A DNA stretch of 64,000 nucleotides from Dehalococcoidia bacterium (GTDB taxonomy: Bacteria; Chloroflexota; Dehalococcoidia; Plut-88900). A model generated the notes under the pieces. The model worked only from the letters and a program-made list of their open reading frames with translations. It did no database searches and was not told where the DNA came from. The stretch spans positions 608,001 to 672,000 of the forward strand of contig CBDFLQ010000006.1 of assembly GCA_965249275.1 (NCBI GenBank), written 5' to 3'. A program made the position numbers and the translations under genes. The number at the start of each line of letters is the position of its first letter. Position 1 is the first letter of the stretch. Below are positions 32,735-42,379 of this stretch, in pieces.

Positions 32735-33769
32735 TCAGGCCCCGGTGCCCGAAAGCAGTTTCAGGGCCTCACTATAGGGCGCCCGAGCGATACCGTTCTC
32801 CGTGATGATAGCCGCCACGTAGCGCGAAGGCGTGACGTCGAAGGCCGGGTGGGCCGCTTTGACACCCTCGGGCGCCACCCAGATACCTGCGTATTCCAGC
32901 ACCTCCCTTGGGTCCCGCTCCTCGATAGGGATGTCGTCCCCGGTTGTGAGGCTCAGATCGAAAGTGCTTATCGGTGCTGCTACGTAAAACGGCACCGAGT
33001 TCTCCTTGGCGAGCACAGCTATGGAGTAAGTCCCAATCTTGTTAGCCACGTCGCCGTTGGCCGCGATCCTGTCCGCCCCGACCACCACGCAGTCAACGTC
33101 CCCCGACTTCAGGAAGTGCCCTGCCATCGAGTCGGTTATGAGCGTAACGTCTATCTCGTCCTGGGAAAGCTCCCATGCGGTGAGTCTTGCTCCCTGGAGG
33201 AAGGGCCGGGTCTCGGTGGCCAGCACCCGGACGGGAGTCCCGGATTCTATGGCGGAGCGGATGACCCCCAACGCGGTACCGTACCCCGCCGTGGCGAGGG
33301 CCCCGGCGTTGCAGTGGGTCATCACCATGCCCCCACCTTGAATCAATGCCGCCCCATGCGCCCCGATACGGCGGTTGATTGCCTCGTCTTCTCGGTGAAT
33401 TGTGATTGCCTCAGCGATAAGGGCGTCCTTGACGGCTTCCGGGCTGCACTGTCCGTCGAAGACTCTCTGCATCCGGTCTACGGCCCACCTGAGGTTTACT
33501 GCGGTGGGCCGGGAGGCGGCTATCTCATCACACACAGGGCCCAGGCGGGCTTTGAAATCAACCATGTCCTGCGAGTCTATGGCCCGGGCCCCGAGGGCCA
33601 CCCCGTAAGCAGCCGCCACCCCTATGGCCGGAGCGCCCCGGACACGCATCTCCTTTATGGCCCGCGCTACCTCACGGTAGTCGTCCAGTTCAAGGTAGAC
33701 CTCCTGACGCGGAAGCAGGGTCTGGTCGAGGAGTATGAGTTTGCCGTCTCGCCACTCGATGCTGTTCAT
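32735..33769 (-). CDS. mtnA: Methylthioribose-1-phosphate isomerase
   Basis: [39 protein letters not shown]. Confidence 0.96.
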   Translation of the reverse strand: MNSIEWRDGKLILLDQTLLPRQEVYLELDDYREVARAIKEMRVRGAPAIGVAAAYGVALGARAIDSQDMVDFKARLGPVCDEIAASRPTAVNLRWAVDRMQRVFDGQCSPEAVKDALIAEAITIHREDEAINRRIGAHGAALIQGGGMVMTHCNAGALATAGYGTALGVIRSAIESGTPVRVLATETRPFLQGARLTAWELSQDEIDVTLITDSMAGHFLKSGDVDCVVVGADRIAANGDVANKIGTYSIAVLAKENSVPFYVAAPISTFDLSLTTGDDIPIEERDPREVLEYAGIWVAPEGVKAAHPAFDVTPSRYVAAIITENGIARAPYSEALKLLSGTGA

Positions 33770-33951
33770 GTCGGCTCTATGGTATTCACGTGTTTGTGGC
33801 TTCGGCCCGTGGCTCGGGTGCAGCCGGTAGATTATAGGTTAAGCAGGGCCTCAGTACCATTGCCGGGGGTCAGCCGACGGGCATTTGTTATAATCGGCTC
33901 CAGAGCCCCCTGACCTCGGGGGGGTTTCCATGAACAGACCGGGGAGATAGA

Positions 33952-35043
33952 GTGGAGAAGTTTGACCGTTTGGAAGAGATGGAGCAGCGGTTTCAGGAGA
34001 TCGAACAACTCCTGTCCGACCCCGAAATAGCCAGGAATCCCCAGCGAATCCAGTCCCTCTCTCGGGAGCGCGCATCCATCCAGGACATTGTAACGACCTA
34101 CCGGGAGTTCAAGGACGTGGGTCAGGAGCTTGATGAAAGCCGGTCTATGCTCGACGACAACCTGGACGAGGAGATGAAGTCCTTCGTCAAGGAAGAGATG
34201 GCTACGCTGGAACAGCGGCACGGTCGACTTTCTAGGGAGATCATTGAGGCCCTGGTCACGGGAGACCTGCGGGACAGCAAGGACGTGATCATGGAGATCA
34301 GGGCGGGCGCGGGAGGAGACGAAGCCGCACTCTTCGCCTCCGACCTCTATCGCATGTACGTCCGCTACGCCCAGACCCTTGGATTTCACAGTGAAGTCCT
34401 GAACACCAACGACATAGGAATCGGCGGCCTCAAGGAGGTCGTTTTCGGAATCAAGGGCAAGGGCGCATTTGGGAAGTTCAAATACGAAAGTGGCGTTCAC
34501 CGGGTCCAGCGTGTCCCCGTCACCGAGTCCTCAGGTCGCATCCACACCTCCACCGTAACCGTCGCCGTCATGTCCGAAATGGAAGAGGTGGATGTCACAA
34601 TCGACCCCGACGACCTGAAGATCGACATTTTCCATGCCGGGGGCCACGGGGGCCAGAACGTCAACAAGGTCGCCACTGCCGTCAGGATCACTCATCTCCC
34701 AAGCGGCCTTGTCGCGGTATGCCAGGATGAACGCTCTCAGCTCAAGAACAAGACCAAAGCCATGTCCGTCATCCGGGCCCGGCTCTACGACATCGAGCAC
34801 CGGAAACAGCAGGCAGAGGTAGCCGAGGCCCGCCGCTCCCAGGTCGGAACGGGTGACCGCTCCGAGAAAGTGCGCACCTATAACTTCCCCCAGGACCGCA
34901 TCACCGATCATCGCATCGGCCTTTCCCTTCACAATCTGCCCAGGGTCCTGGAAGGCGAGATGGGAGAGCTGGTACAGGCGTTGTCCGACAAAGAACGGGA
35001 AGAGAACCTGGTCAGGGCCGGGATAGGTTCCGGGGGCGCATAG
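33952..35043 (+). CDS. prfA: Peptide chain release factor 1
   Basis: PVT motif (RVPVTES), GGQ, RTYNFPQ. Confidence 0.97.
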   Translation: MEKFDRLEEMEQRFQEIEQLLSDPEIARNPQRIQSLSRERASIQDIVTTYREFKDVGQELDESRSMLDDNLDEEMKSFVKEEMATLEQRHGRLSREIIEALVTGDLRDSKDVIMEIRAGAGGDEAALFASDLYRMYVRYAQTLGFHSEVLNTNDIGIGGLKEVVFGIKGKGAFGKFKYESGVHRVQRVPVTESSGRIHTSTVTVAVMSEMEEVDVTIDPDDLKIDIFHAGGHGGQNVNKVATAVRITHLPSGLVAVCQDERSQLKNKTKAMSVIRARLYDIEHRKQQAEVAEARRSQVGTGDRSEKVRTYNFPQDRITDHRIGLSLHNLPRVLEGEMGELVQALSDKEREENLVRAGIGSGGA

Positions 35044-35044
35044 A

Positions 35045-35923
35045 GTGCGGGTCAGGGACGCCCTCAGGCAGGCTCGGGAGAAGCTGCGGGCGTCGGGGGT
35101 GGAGGATGCAGGATTCGAGGCGGAATATCTCTTGCGGTCAGCCCTCGGGTGCACCAGAGAAAGTCTCCTAATAGGCCTAGACTCCGACATCTCATCCTCA
35201 GACCAACTCCGCTTCGACTCGGTAATCGATCGGCGGGCTGCTGGCGAACCCTCGGCATATATCACAGACCATAAAGAGTTCTACGGACTCGACTTCAAGG
35301 TCGACTCCCGGGCCCTGATCCCCCGCCCCGAAACCGAGCTTCTTGTGGAGCTTGCCCTGGAATTCGCCGCCCGACATACAAGCCGGGGAGAGGGCCTCAA
35401 CATCGCCGACGTGGGAGTTGGGTGTGGGGCTATTACAATCGTGCTGGCAATAAATCTACCGAGGGCGAGGCTAGTGGCTACGGACATCTCACCGGCGGCG
35501 CTGAAACTTGCAAGCGAGAACATATCCAGGCATCGAGTCGAAGACCGTGTAACGCTGCTGGAGGGAGACCTGCTCCAACCCGTCTCCGGCCCAATCGACA
35601 TCCTGGTCTCAAACCCGCCCTACATTAAGTTGGGTGATTTCTCGAGTTTGGCGAGGGAAATACGGGACCACGAGCCCCCAGCAGCCCTGGACGGCGGAGA
35701 GCACGGCTTGGCCGTCATCGAGCGGCTAATCCATCAGGCTAAGGACAAGCTCAGGCCAGGCGGAGCCATGTTCGTAGAAATAGGCTGGGACCTGGGAGAA
35801 CGAGCCCTGGCCCGCTCCTTGGAACTCTGGCCAGAGTCCAAAGTTTCCATCACACCCGACCTCGCCGGCCTCGACAGAGTCCTAACCCTTCGTTCGCCCA
35901 TCGGCGTGGCGCAGCCCGCATAA
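35045..35923 (+). CDS. prmC: Release factor glutamine methyltransferase
   Basis: LIPRPETE, DVGVGCG, SNPPY; follows prfA. Confidence 0.96.
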   Translation: MRVRDALRQAREKLRASGVEDAGFEAEYLLRSALGCTRESLLIGLDSDISSSDQLRFDSVIDRRAAGEPSAYITDHKEFYGLDFKVDSRALIPRPETELLVELALEFAARHTSRGEGLNIADVGVGCGAITIVLAINLPRARLVATDISPAALKLASENISRHRVEDRVTLLEGDLLQPVSGPIDILVSNPPYIKLGDFSSLAREIRDHEPPAALDGGEHGLAVIERLIHQAKDKLRPGGAMFVEIGWDLGERALARSLELWPESKVSITPDLAGLDRVLTLRSPIGVAQPA

Positions 35924-35930
35924 GGAACAC

Positions 35931-36332
35931 ATGAACATCTTCTTCGATGTCGATGACACCCTTATCGCCTTCGACGGCAGCCTGCGGCCCCACGTCTACG
36001 AGGTCTTCCAAAAACTCCTGGACGATGGGCACGACATCTACATATGGTCGGGGGTAGGTCTGCGGTGGGAAATCATCGAACGGCACAAGCTGCGCCCCTA
36101 CATCCAGGACTGCTTCGTCAAGCCCACCGCTAACTACCGGAAAGCCCTGGAGATTCTCGGAATTCCCGTCCACCCCGACTTCTGCGTCGACGACCACCCG
36201 GAGCTGATCAAATCTCTCGGTGGGGAGGCCGTCAAGCCCTACTATTGGGCCGACACAAGAGACAAAGAGATGCTCCGTATTTACGATGCCATCACCGAGT
36301 TTGCGAAGGCCGACGGAAACGCAGCGCCTTGA
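35931..36332 (+). CDS. Small cap-less HAD-superfamily protein
   Basis: FFDVDDTL (DxDxT), WSG, K, CVDD. Confidence 0.7.
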   Translation: MNIFFDVDDTLIAFDGSLRPHVYEVFQKLLDDGHDIYIWSGVGLRWEIIERHKLRPYIQDCFVKPTANYRKALEILGIPVHPDFCVDDHPELIKSLGGEAVKPYYWADTRDKEMLRIYDAITEFAKADGNAAP

Positions 36333-36379
36333 CCCAAAAGCCATTCGCGTAATGTCCGGCCTTATACCATCCAGCCATG

Positions 36380-36408
36380 CCGTCATTCCTGCGGAGGCAG
36401 GAATCCAG
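36380..36408. repeat. CGTC-type REP-like palindrome
   Basis: CCGTCATTCCTGC-GGAG-GCAGGAATCCAG; related copies at 52630, 54778 and 55004. Confidence 0.75.
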
Positions 36409-36449
36409 AAGGAACTGCTCCATAAACCGAGTACAGGGAGGCCCGAGAA

Positions 36450-37589
36450 ATGCCAAGGATCATAGACGCGGACAGCCACACCGTTGAGCCCCCTGACCTG
36501 TGGGTCAAAAACCTTGAACCCGAGTACAGGCATCGCGCAATGCGCATCGCCGTCGATGAGGATGGCCTGGAATACCTGGAGATCGACGGCAAGAAGCCAA
36601 AGGGCTACCTGATCTCGGGCGGGATGTTCGGAAGGCCGAGCGGCATCGGCAAGGACGTAAAGGACCTGCTGACTCCCGGAAAGATCACTTACCAAGAAGG
36701 TCTCGAGCCCGGCGCGGTTGATCCCATAGAACGCCTTAAAGTGCTGGACTCGGAAGGGATAGAGGCAACGGTGCTATACCCGACAATGGGCCTCGCCTGG
36801 GAAGCCGAATGCCCCGACTACAAGCTGGCCGCGGCCTACTGCCGGGTCTACAACGATTGGATACTGGACTTCTGCCGCCCCAACCCCGACAGGCTCATTC
36901 CCATCTCCCATGTCTCGGTATCCGACGCGGAGGAAGGCGCCAGGGAGCTTGAAAGGACCGCCAAGCTCGGAGCCCGCGGGGTCTTCCTTAGCGGCTACCC
37001 CATCAATGGCATTTCCTACGGAGACCCGCGCCACGATCGATTCTGGAGCCTGGCACAAGAGTCCGATCTCCCGGTCTCCCTTCATATCGCTGCCACCCCT
37101 CGGCAAGTCTTCGACAACCTGTACACCGGCGGCGTCCCCGAAAACACCTGGTGGAACTTCCTCACCCTGGCCAACGACACATTCATCGGCTTCGCCAGCC
37201 TTTTCAAGGGCGCTGTCTTTGATCGATTCCCGGATATCAAGGTAATCATCCTGGAGACAGGCGCAGGGTTCATGCCCTACTGGCTTGACCGGATGGACGA
37301 GTTCTACGAAAAGTTCGGGTTCGCCACGGGAATGCAGATGAAGCCCAGCGACTACTTCTACAAACAATGCTGGATATCCCTTGAGCCCGACGACGAAATG
37401 GCCGTCGCCACCATCAACACCCTCGGCGCGGACAGGTTCATCTGGGGCGCAGACTACCCGCACTCGGACGGGCTTTACGGCGCCGTGGACGTCCTGAAGA
37501 ACAACATCAGCCCCCTGTCGGAAGCCGACCAGTCCAAGGTGCTGGGGGAGAACGCCATAGACCTTTACAACATAGGTCCTGTCTCGTGA
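36450..37589 (+). CDS. Amidohydrolase_2 family metal-dependent hydrolase/decarboxylase
   Basis: IDADSH, LYPT, SLH, LETG, GADYPH. Confidence 0.92.
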   Translation: MPRIIDADSHTVEPPDLWVKNLEPEYRHRAMRIAVDEDGLEYLEIDGKKPKGYLISGGMFGRPSGIGKDVKDLLTPGKITYQEGLEPGAVDPIERLKVLDSEGIEATVLYPTMGLAWEAECPDYKLAAAYCRVYNDWILDFCRPNPDRLIPISHVSVSDAEEGARELERTAKLGARGVFLSGYPINGISYGDPRHDRFWSLAQESDLPVSLHIAATPRQVFDNLYTGGVPENTWWNFLTLANDTFIGFASLFKGAVFDRFPDIKVIILETGAGFMPYWLDRMDEFYEKFGFATGMQMKPSDYFYKQCWISLEPDDEMAVATINTLGADRFIWGADYPHSDGLYGAVDVLKNNISPLSEADQSKVLGENAIDLYNIGPVS

Positions 37590-37602
37590 GTGGGGAGGAT
37601 TT

Positions 37603-38937
37603 ATGGAATTCGCAATAGTCCTCGGCGTGATCCTGGGTGTGGCCGTCGGGGTAGTGATGGGCGCTATCGGCGTACAGCTAAAGACGGGCAACGCCAGGTC
37701 CAGGTTGGAGTCGGAGGCCGCTCTGGTCAGGCAGCGTCTGGAAATTGCCGAGCGGGACAATGAGGGACTGAGGGCGCGAGAGTCGGGGTTGCAGGAGGAG
37801 GTTACCGCTCGAAGCCTTGAAGCAGGTACCCTCCGAGCCCAGCTCGAAGCCACCAACAAGCGTTTCGAAGAGCAGATGAACCTCGAAGCGATCATGGCTG
37901 ACAAGTTCAAGGCGCTCTCCGCAGAAGCGATCTCCGACAACAGTGACAAGTTCCTCAAGGATGCCAACGAAAAGATAGGGACACTGGTCAAACCCCTTTC
38001 TGAAGAGCTGAAGCGTATCGAGACCGACCGCGCCAAGTCTCAAGGTAGCCTCACACAACAAATCGAGACTTTAGCCCAGAACAATAAAGCCCTGGAACAG
38101 GAGGCCCGAAACCTGTCCACCGCACTCAAGAGGCCCGAGGTGCGCGGCGCATGGGGCGAGATTCAACTAAGGCGAGTAGTCGAACTCGCCGGCATGACGG
38201 ACTACTGCGACTTCGAGGAACAGGTGTCGATACCCGCGCTTAACGGCGGTCAAGACCGCCCCGACATGGTCGTCCGAATGCCCAACAATCGCACTATTGT
38301 CATCGACGCCAAGACCCCCATGAACGCCTACCTCAGCGCCACCGAGTCCGAAACCGAGGATGAAAGAGAAAAGGCCCTTGTAAAGCACTCTGGACAGGTC
38401 AAGGAACGAGCCAAGAACCTGTCTCAAAAAAAGTACTGGCAAGCCTTCGATAGGTCGCCCGACTTCGTGGTCATGTTCCTTCCCGGCGAATTCCTGCTGC
38501 AACCTGCCTTGGAAAGAGAGCCGGACCTGATGGATTGGGCCATGCAGAACAAGGTGGTCATAGCTACCCCCAACACCCTGATGGCGCTGTTAAAGACCGT
38601 AGAGATGGGCTGGCGGGAAGTGCGTTTAGCCAGGGACGCGGAGGAGGTGGGCAAGCTGGGGAGGCAGATCCACGAAAGGCTCCAGACCTGGGCCGATCAC
38701 ATGGTAAAGATGGGCAATTCTCTGAATCAGACCGTCAGGCACTTCAACAGCGGGGTCGGGTCCCTGGAATCGAGGGTTCTCACCTCGGCCCGCAGATTCA
38801 AGGAACTGGGCGTCGCGTCGAGTCAGGAAATTCCCGAAATCCCGACCATAGACACCCAGGTAAGGGAATTAAACAGCATTCCGTCCCAATCGGGATTACC
38901 CAGCCTAACCGCAGGCCGGGAAGACGATCAAGACTAA
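37603..38937 (+). CDS. rmuC: DNA recombination protein RmuC
   Basis: N-terminal TM plus coiled coil; RGAWGEIQL, RPD, IDAKTP, FVVMFLPGE. Confidence 0.93.
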   Translation: MEFAIVLGVILGVAVGVVMGAIGVQLKTGNARSRLESEAALVRQRLEIAERDNEGLRARESGLQEEVTARSLEAGTLRAQLEATNKRFEEQMNLEAIMADKFKALSAEAISDNSDKFLKDANEKIGTLVKPLSEELKRIETDRAKSQGSLTQQIETLAQNNKALEQEARNLSTALKRPEVRGAWGEIQLRRVVELAGMTDYCDFEEQVSIPALNGGQDRPDMVVRMPNNRTIVIDAKTPMNAYLSATESETEDEREKALVKHSGQVKERAKNLSQKKYWQAFDRSPDFVVMFLPGEFLLQPALEREPDLMDWAMQNKVVIATPNTLMALLKTVEMGWREVRLARDAEEVGKLGRQIHERLQTWADHMVKMGNSLNQTVRHFNSGVGSLESRVLTSARRFKELGVASSQEIPEIPTIDTQVRELNSIPSQSGLPSLTAGREDDQD

Positions 38938-39006
38938 TCCCCACCCCTATGGTGTAAACTAGCCGTCAACAGACCCCTCCAAGCCATCTATGAGAGGTAA
39001 TTCGAC

Positions 39007-39822
39007 ATGACCGGTATATGGCCTGGCCCTACTCAGTGCACCGTCAACCTCGGCTTCGACATCGATGCCCAGAGCAACTGGATCGGCAGAGACCCGGCTT
39101 TGCGGGACAGGCCGGTAATGATGACCGCCGCCGACTACGGCCCGAAAGTCGGCGTGCCGAGGATACTCAACCTGATGGATGAATACGGGCTCAAGGCTTC
39201 TTTCTTCATCCCCGGTTTCACTGCCGAGCAGTACCCCGACCTCGTGAAGGAGATCCTGGCCAGGGGCCACGAGGTGGCGGGCCACGGCTACATGCACCGC
39301 CGGCCTGCAGAGCTAACACTGGAAGGGGAGATAGAAGACCTGGACCGGGGCCTCGAGGCACTGGAAAAGGCCGCAGGGCAAAAGATCACCGGCTACCGGG
39401 TCCCGGGCGGTGACGCCAGCAACCGCACAATGTCTCTCCTCGCAGAGCGGGGCATCATCTACGACTCCAGCCTGATGGACGACGACGCCCCTTATATGAT
39501 CGAGACGACAAACGGCAACGTTCTTCAGATCCCCTTCCACTGGCTCCTCGACGACTTTCCCTACTACGCCTATGCTCCCGCGGTGGGCATGCGGGGCCCG
39601 GGCTGCAGTCCCGCCTCGGTGGCCCGGACATGGATCGCCGAGTTCGACGGCCTCTACCAGGAGGGCCGCTGCATGATTCTGGTCATGCACCCGCAGGTCA
39701 CAGGCCACCCCGGTCATCTGGCGGGCCTGGAAACTACCATCAAGCACATGCTTACCAAGCCCAACGTCGCCATCACCACCGCCGGTGATATCGCCGAGCA
39801 GTGGCTGGCTAAGAACTCGTAG
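39007..39822 (+). CDS. Polysaccharide deacetylase family (PuuE/HpPgdA-like), copy 1
   Basis: FDID, YGPKVGVPRIL, HEVAGHGYMH, YDSSLMDDD, MHPQ. Confidence 0.9.
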   Translation: MTGIWPGPTQCTVNLGFDIDAQSNWIGRDPALRDRPVMMTAADYGPKVGVPRILNLMDEYGLKASFFIPGFTAEQYPDLVKEILARGHEVAGHGYMHRRPAELTLEGEIEDLDRGLEALEKAAGQKITGYRVPGGDASNRTMSLLAERGIIYDSSLMDDDAPYMIETTNGNVLQIPFHWLLDDFPYYAYAPAVGMRGPGCSPASVARTWIAEFDGLYQEGRCMILVMHPQVTGHPGHLAGLETTIKHMLTKPNVAITTAGDIAEQWLAKNS

Positions 39823-40641
39823 ATGGCCGGTCTCTGGAAAGACGGAGTCCAATGCGCGGTCAACATCGGCTTCGACGTTGATGGCGTCAGCTCGTGGCTG
39901 GGGCGCGACGGTGATTTCGCCAACAGGCCGGTCGCCATGACAATGGGCGAATACGGGCCCAAGGTCGGCGTGCCCAGGATTCTGGACCTGTTGGAAGAAT
40001 ACGGAATTAAAGGCAGCTTCTTCGTCCCGGGCCACACCGCCGAGAACCACCCGAACATCGTCCCGGACCTCCTTGAACGCGGCCACGAGGTCGCCCACCA
40101 CGGTTACATCCACGAACGACCCGCCGCCTTGGACGAATCCGAGGAGCGGCGAGCAATTGAGACAGGCCTCGAGATTCTTGAGCGGCAGGCAGGCTTCCGA
40201 ATAAGAGGCTACCGCTCGCCGTCATGGGATATCAGCTTAAAAACTCTCGGTCTCTTGGTGGAATACGGCTTCTCATACGATTCCAGCCTCATGGACGACG
40301 ACGCCCCTTACGTTCACGATGTGGACGGGTCTCGGTTGGTGGAGCTTCCCGTGCAATGGCACCTGGACGACTTCCCTTACTGGGGTTACGCCCCCGCCGC
40401 CGGAGTCCGAGGACCGCTCTCCAGCCCGGAGGCCGTGACCCGCACCTGGACCGCAGATTTCGACACCCTCTACCGGGAGGGCAGGTGCTACATTCTGACC
40501 CTTCACCCCCAAGTCTCGGGGCACCCGAGCAGATTGTCGTGCCTGGAGCGTACCATTCAGCACATTATGTCCCACCCCAAGGTCGCATTCATGCGCTGCG
40601 ACGAAATCGCCCAGCATTGGATCGAGCGGGGCCTTTCCTAG
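39823..40641 (+). CDS. Polysaccharide deacetylase family, copy 2
   Basis: FDVD, HEVAHHGYIH, GYRSPSW, LHPQ. Confidence 0.9.
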   Translation: MAGLWKDGVQCAVNIGFDVDGVSSWLGRDGDFANRPVAMTMGEYGPKVGVPRILDLLEEYGIKGSFFVPGHTAENHPNIVPDLLERGHEVAHHGYIHERPAALDESEERRAIETGLEILERQAGFRIRGYRSPSWDISLKTLGLLVEYGFSYDSSLMDDDAPYVHDVDGSRLVELPVQWHLDDFPYWGYAPAAGVRGPLSSPEAVTRTWTADFDTLYREGRCYILTLHPQVSGHPSRLSCLERTIQHIMSHPKVAFMRCDEIAQHWIERGLS

Positions 40642-40671
40642 ACCCGATCCCCAAGCATCAGGAGGAACACC

Positions 40672-41481
40672 ATGGCAGGCATATGGCCCGGAGACACCCA
40701 GTGCGTAGTAACCCTGGGATTCGACATCGACGGCGTCAGTTCGTGGATTGGCAGAAACCCCGACTTCGCCAACAGGCCCGGCCTGCTTTCCATGGCCGAG
40801 TATGGGCCCAAGCGAGGCGTGCCTCGCATCCTGAAATTGCTGGACGACTACGATATCAAGGCCACTTTCTACATCCCAGGCTACGTCGCCGAGAACTATG
40901 AGGACATGGTGAGGGATATCGTGAAGCGGGGCCACGAGGTCGGGCACCACGGCTACATGCACGAGGCACTGGGGACCATGCCGCTGGACCAGGAAACCGA
41001 AATCCTCGAAAGGGGCATGGCAATCCTCGAACGGATTACCGGCATGAAGACCCTCGGGTATAGGGCCCCGTTCTTCGACACCAGCCTGGACACCATACGT
41101 CTGCTGGCCGAGCACGGCTTCGCCTACGACACAAGCATGCACGACAGCGACGTCCCCTATATCCACGAAGTCAGCGGGAAGAAGCTGGTGGAAGTCCCGG
41201 TCAAGTGGGTGCTGGACGACTACGGGTACTTCGCATTCGTGCCCCAGGCGGGTATGAGATCGGCGATGCAGGACCCCCAGAGCGTCTACGAGACCTATGC
41301 CGCTGAGTTCGACGGCGCCTACAAGTACGGCAACGTGATGACCATGACGCTGCACCCCCAGGCCAGCGGAAGGCCCGCGCGGCTCACGTCGGTAGAGCGG
41401 CTGATACAGTACGCCAAGTCCCACCCGAACGTGGAGTTCTGGCGAGGCATAGATATCGCAGAGTACTGGCTAGGGCGGTAA
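40672..41481 (+). CDS. Polysaccharide deacetylase family, copy 3
   Basis: FDID, HEVGHHGYMH, GYRAP, LHPQ. Confidence 0.9.
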   Translation: MAGIWPGDTQCVVTLGFDIDGVSSWIGRNPDFANRPGLLSMAEYGPKRGVPRILKLLDDYDIKATFYIPGYVAENYEDMVRDIVKRGHEVGHHGYMHEALGTMPLDQETEILERGMAILERITGMKTLGYRAPFFDTSLDTIRLLAEHGFAYDTSMHDSDVPYIHEVSGKKLVEVPVKWVLDDYGYFAFVPQAGMRSAMQDPQSVYETYAAEFDGAYKYGNVMTMTLHPQASGRPARLTSVERLIQYAKSHPNVEFWRGIDIAEYWLGR

Positions 41482-41533
41482 ACAAGAGTCTTAGGGATCA
41501 GGGGCAGAATTAGATTATCCCCCCTCCTTTTCT

Positions 41534-42034
41534 CTAACTCCGTCTACTTCGCCTGGATGTTTCGCGATTGTCGTCCCTTGCAAAGTCGATGTCGGCCTGT
41601 GAGGGAATTCGAAAAGAGAATTTCGTATCGCCTTCTGGGTGTGTAATCGCAAAATCTCCAAGCCCTATGATGTCCATTCCGATAAGCACATCGTAGCCTC
41701 TCAAGTTGCCTAAAATTACGCGAAGGCCTTGAAACTCCACCTCGCTGGGCAGCTTAACGTTGACGGCATAGGACGGCACATCCTCCGCAGATCCCTGTAC
41801 GTGGTTGACCTTGCGCGTACCGATACTCCGTAGCACGCAAGCTTCGACCACTCTCTGAGAGATGACGCTGCCAGTGGCTCCTGTGTCCCACAGGGCGGTA
41901 AACTGAAACATCTGAGGTTGGGGGCCACTATCTCCCGGACTCCAGGAGTCGGAGAGCATACAGACGGTTCTGAGCGACCGCGCCCGGTTTGGGGTAACGG
42001 TCGTAAAGCTGAACGAATGTACTTGGCGAGCTAT
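41534..42034 (-). CDS. Retropepsin-like (clan AA) aspartic protease; start is ATG 41959 or ATA 42034
   Basis: ALWDTGATGS and VLIGMDII motifs; frame open for 25 further codons up to the upstream gene's stop. Confidence 0.8.
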   Translation of the reverse strand: MARQVHSFSFTTVTPNRARSLRTVCMLSDSWSPGDSGPQPQMFQFTALWDTGATGSVISQRVVEACVLRSIGTRKVNHVQGSAEDVPSYAVNVKLPSEVEFQGLRVILGNLRGYDVLIGMDIIGLGDFAITHPEGDTKFSFRIPSQADIDFARDDNRETSRRSRRS

Positions 42035-42291
42035 GGAGGAAACCCCGGTGAGTGAATGGTTACGGTGTAGTCGTCTTCACCTTCACTGACCCTTTGGACC
42101 ATGAAAGTGCCGGGTTCGTGCTCTTTCCTGGTCTCCATGATTGCATCTAGCTCGGTGTCATATGTTCCGAGGACTTCGTGGTTCTTTAGTACGATGACCT
42201 TGCCGTCATACTTCTTCACGAAGTCGTCTTGGTTGTCTAGGTAATAGCGGAATTCGTTATTGACAGTTTCGATGTCCTTGGTGAGTGCCAT
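42031..42291 (-). CDS. Small DUF5678-like protein
   Basis: YYLDNQDDFVKKYDGKVIVLKNHEVLG pattern; GGAGG before ATG; paired with the aspartic protease. Confidence 0.7.
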   Translation of the reverse strand: MALTKDIETVNNEFRYYLDNQDDFVKKYDGKVIVLKNHEVLGTYDTELDAIMETRKEHEPGTFMVQRVSEGEDDYTVTIHSPGFPP

Positions 42292-42379
42292 GATATCGGC
42301 CTCCTGTTTGAATGGAGTATTGCACGCGGAAAAGTAAGATGCAAAGAATATGCTATATATTATAGCTCGTAACTATCAT

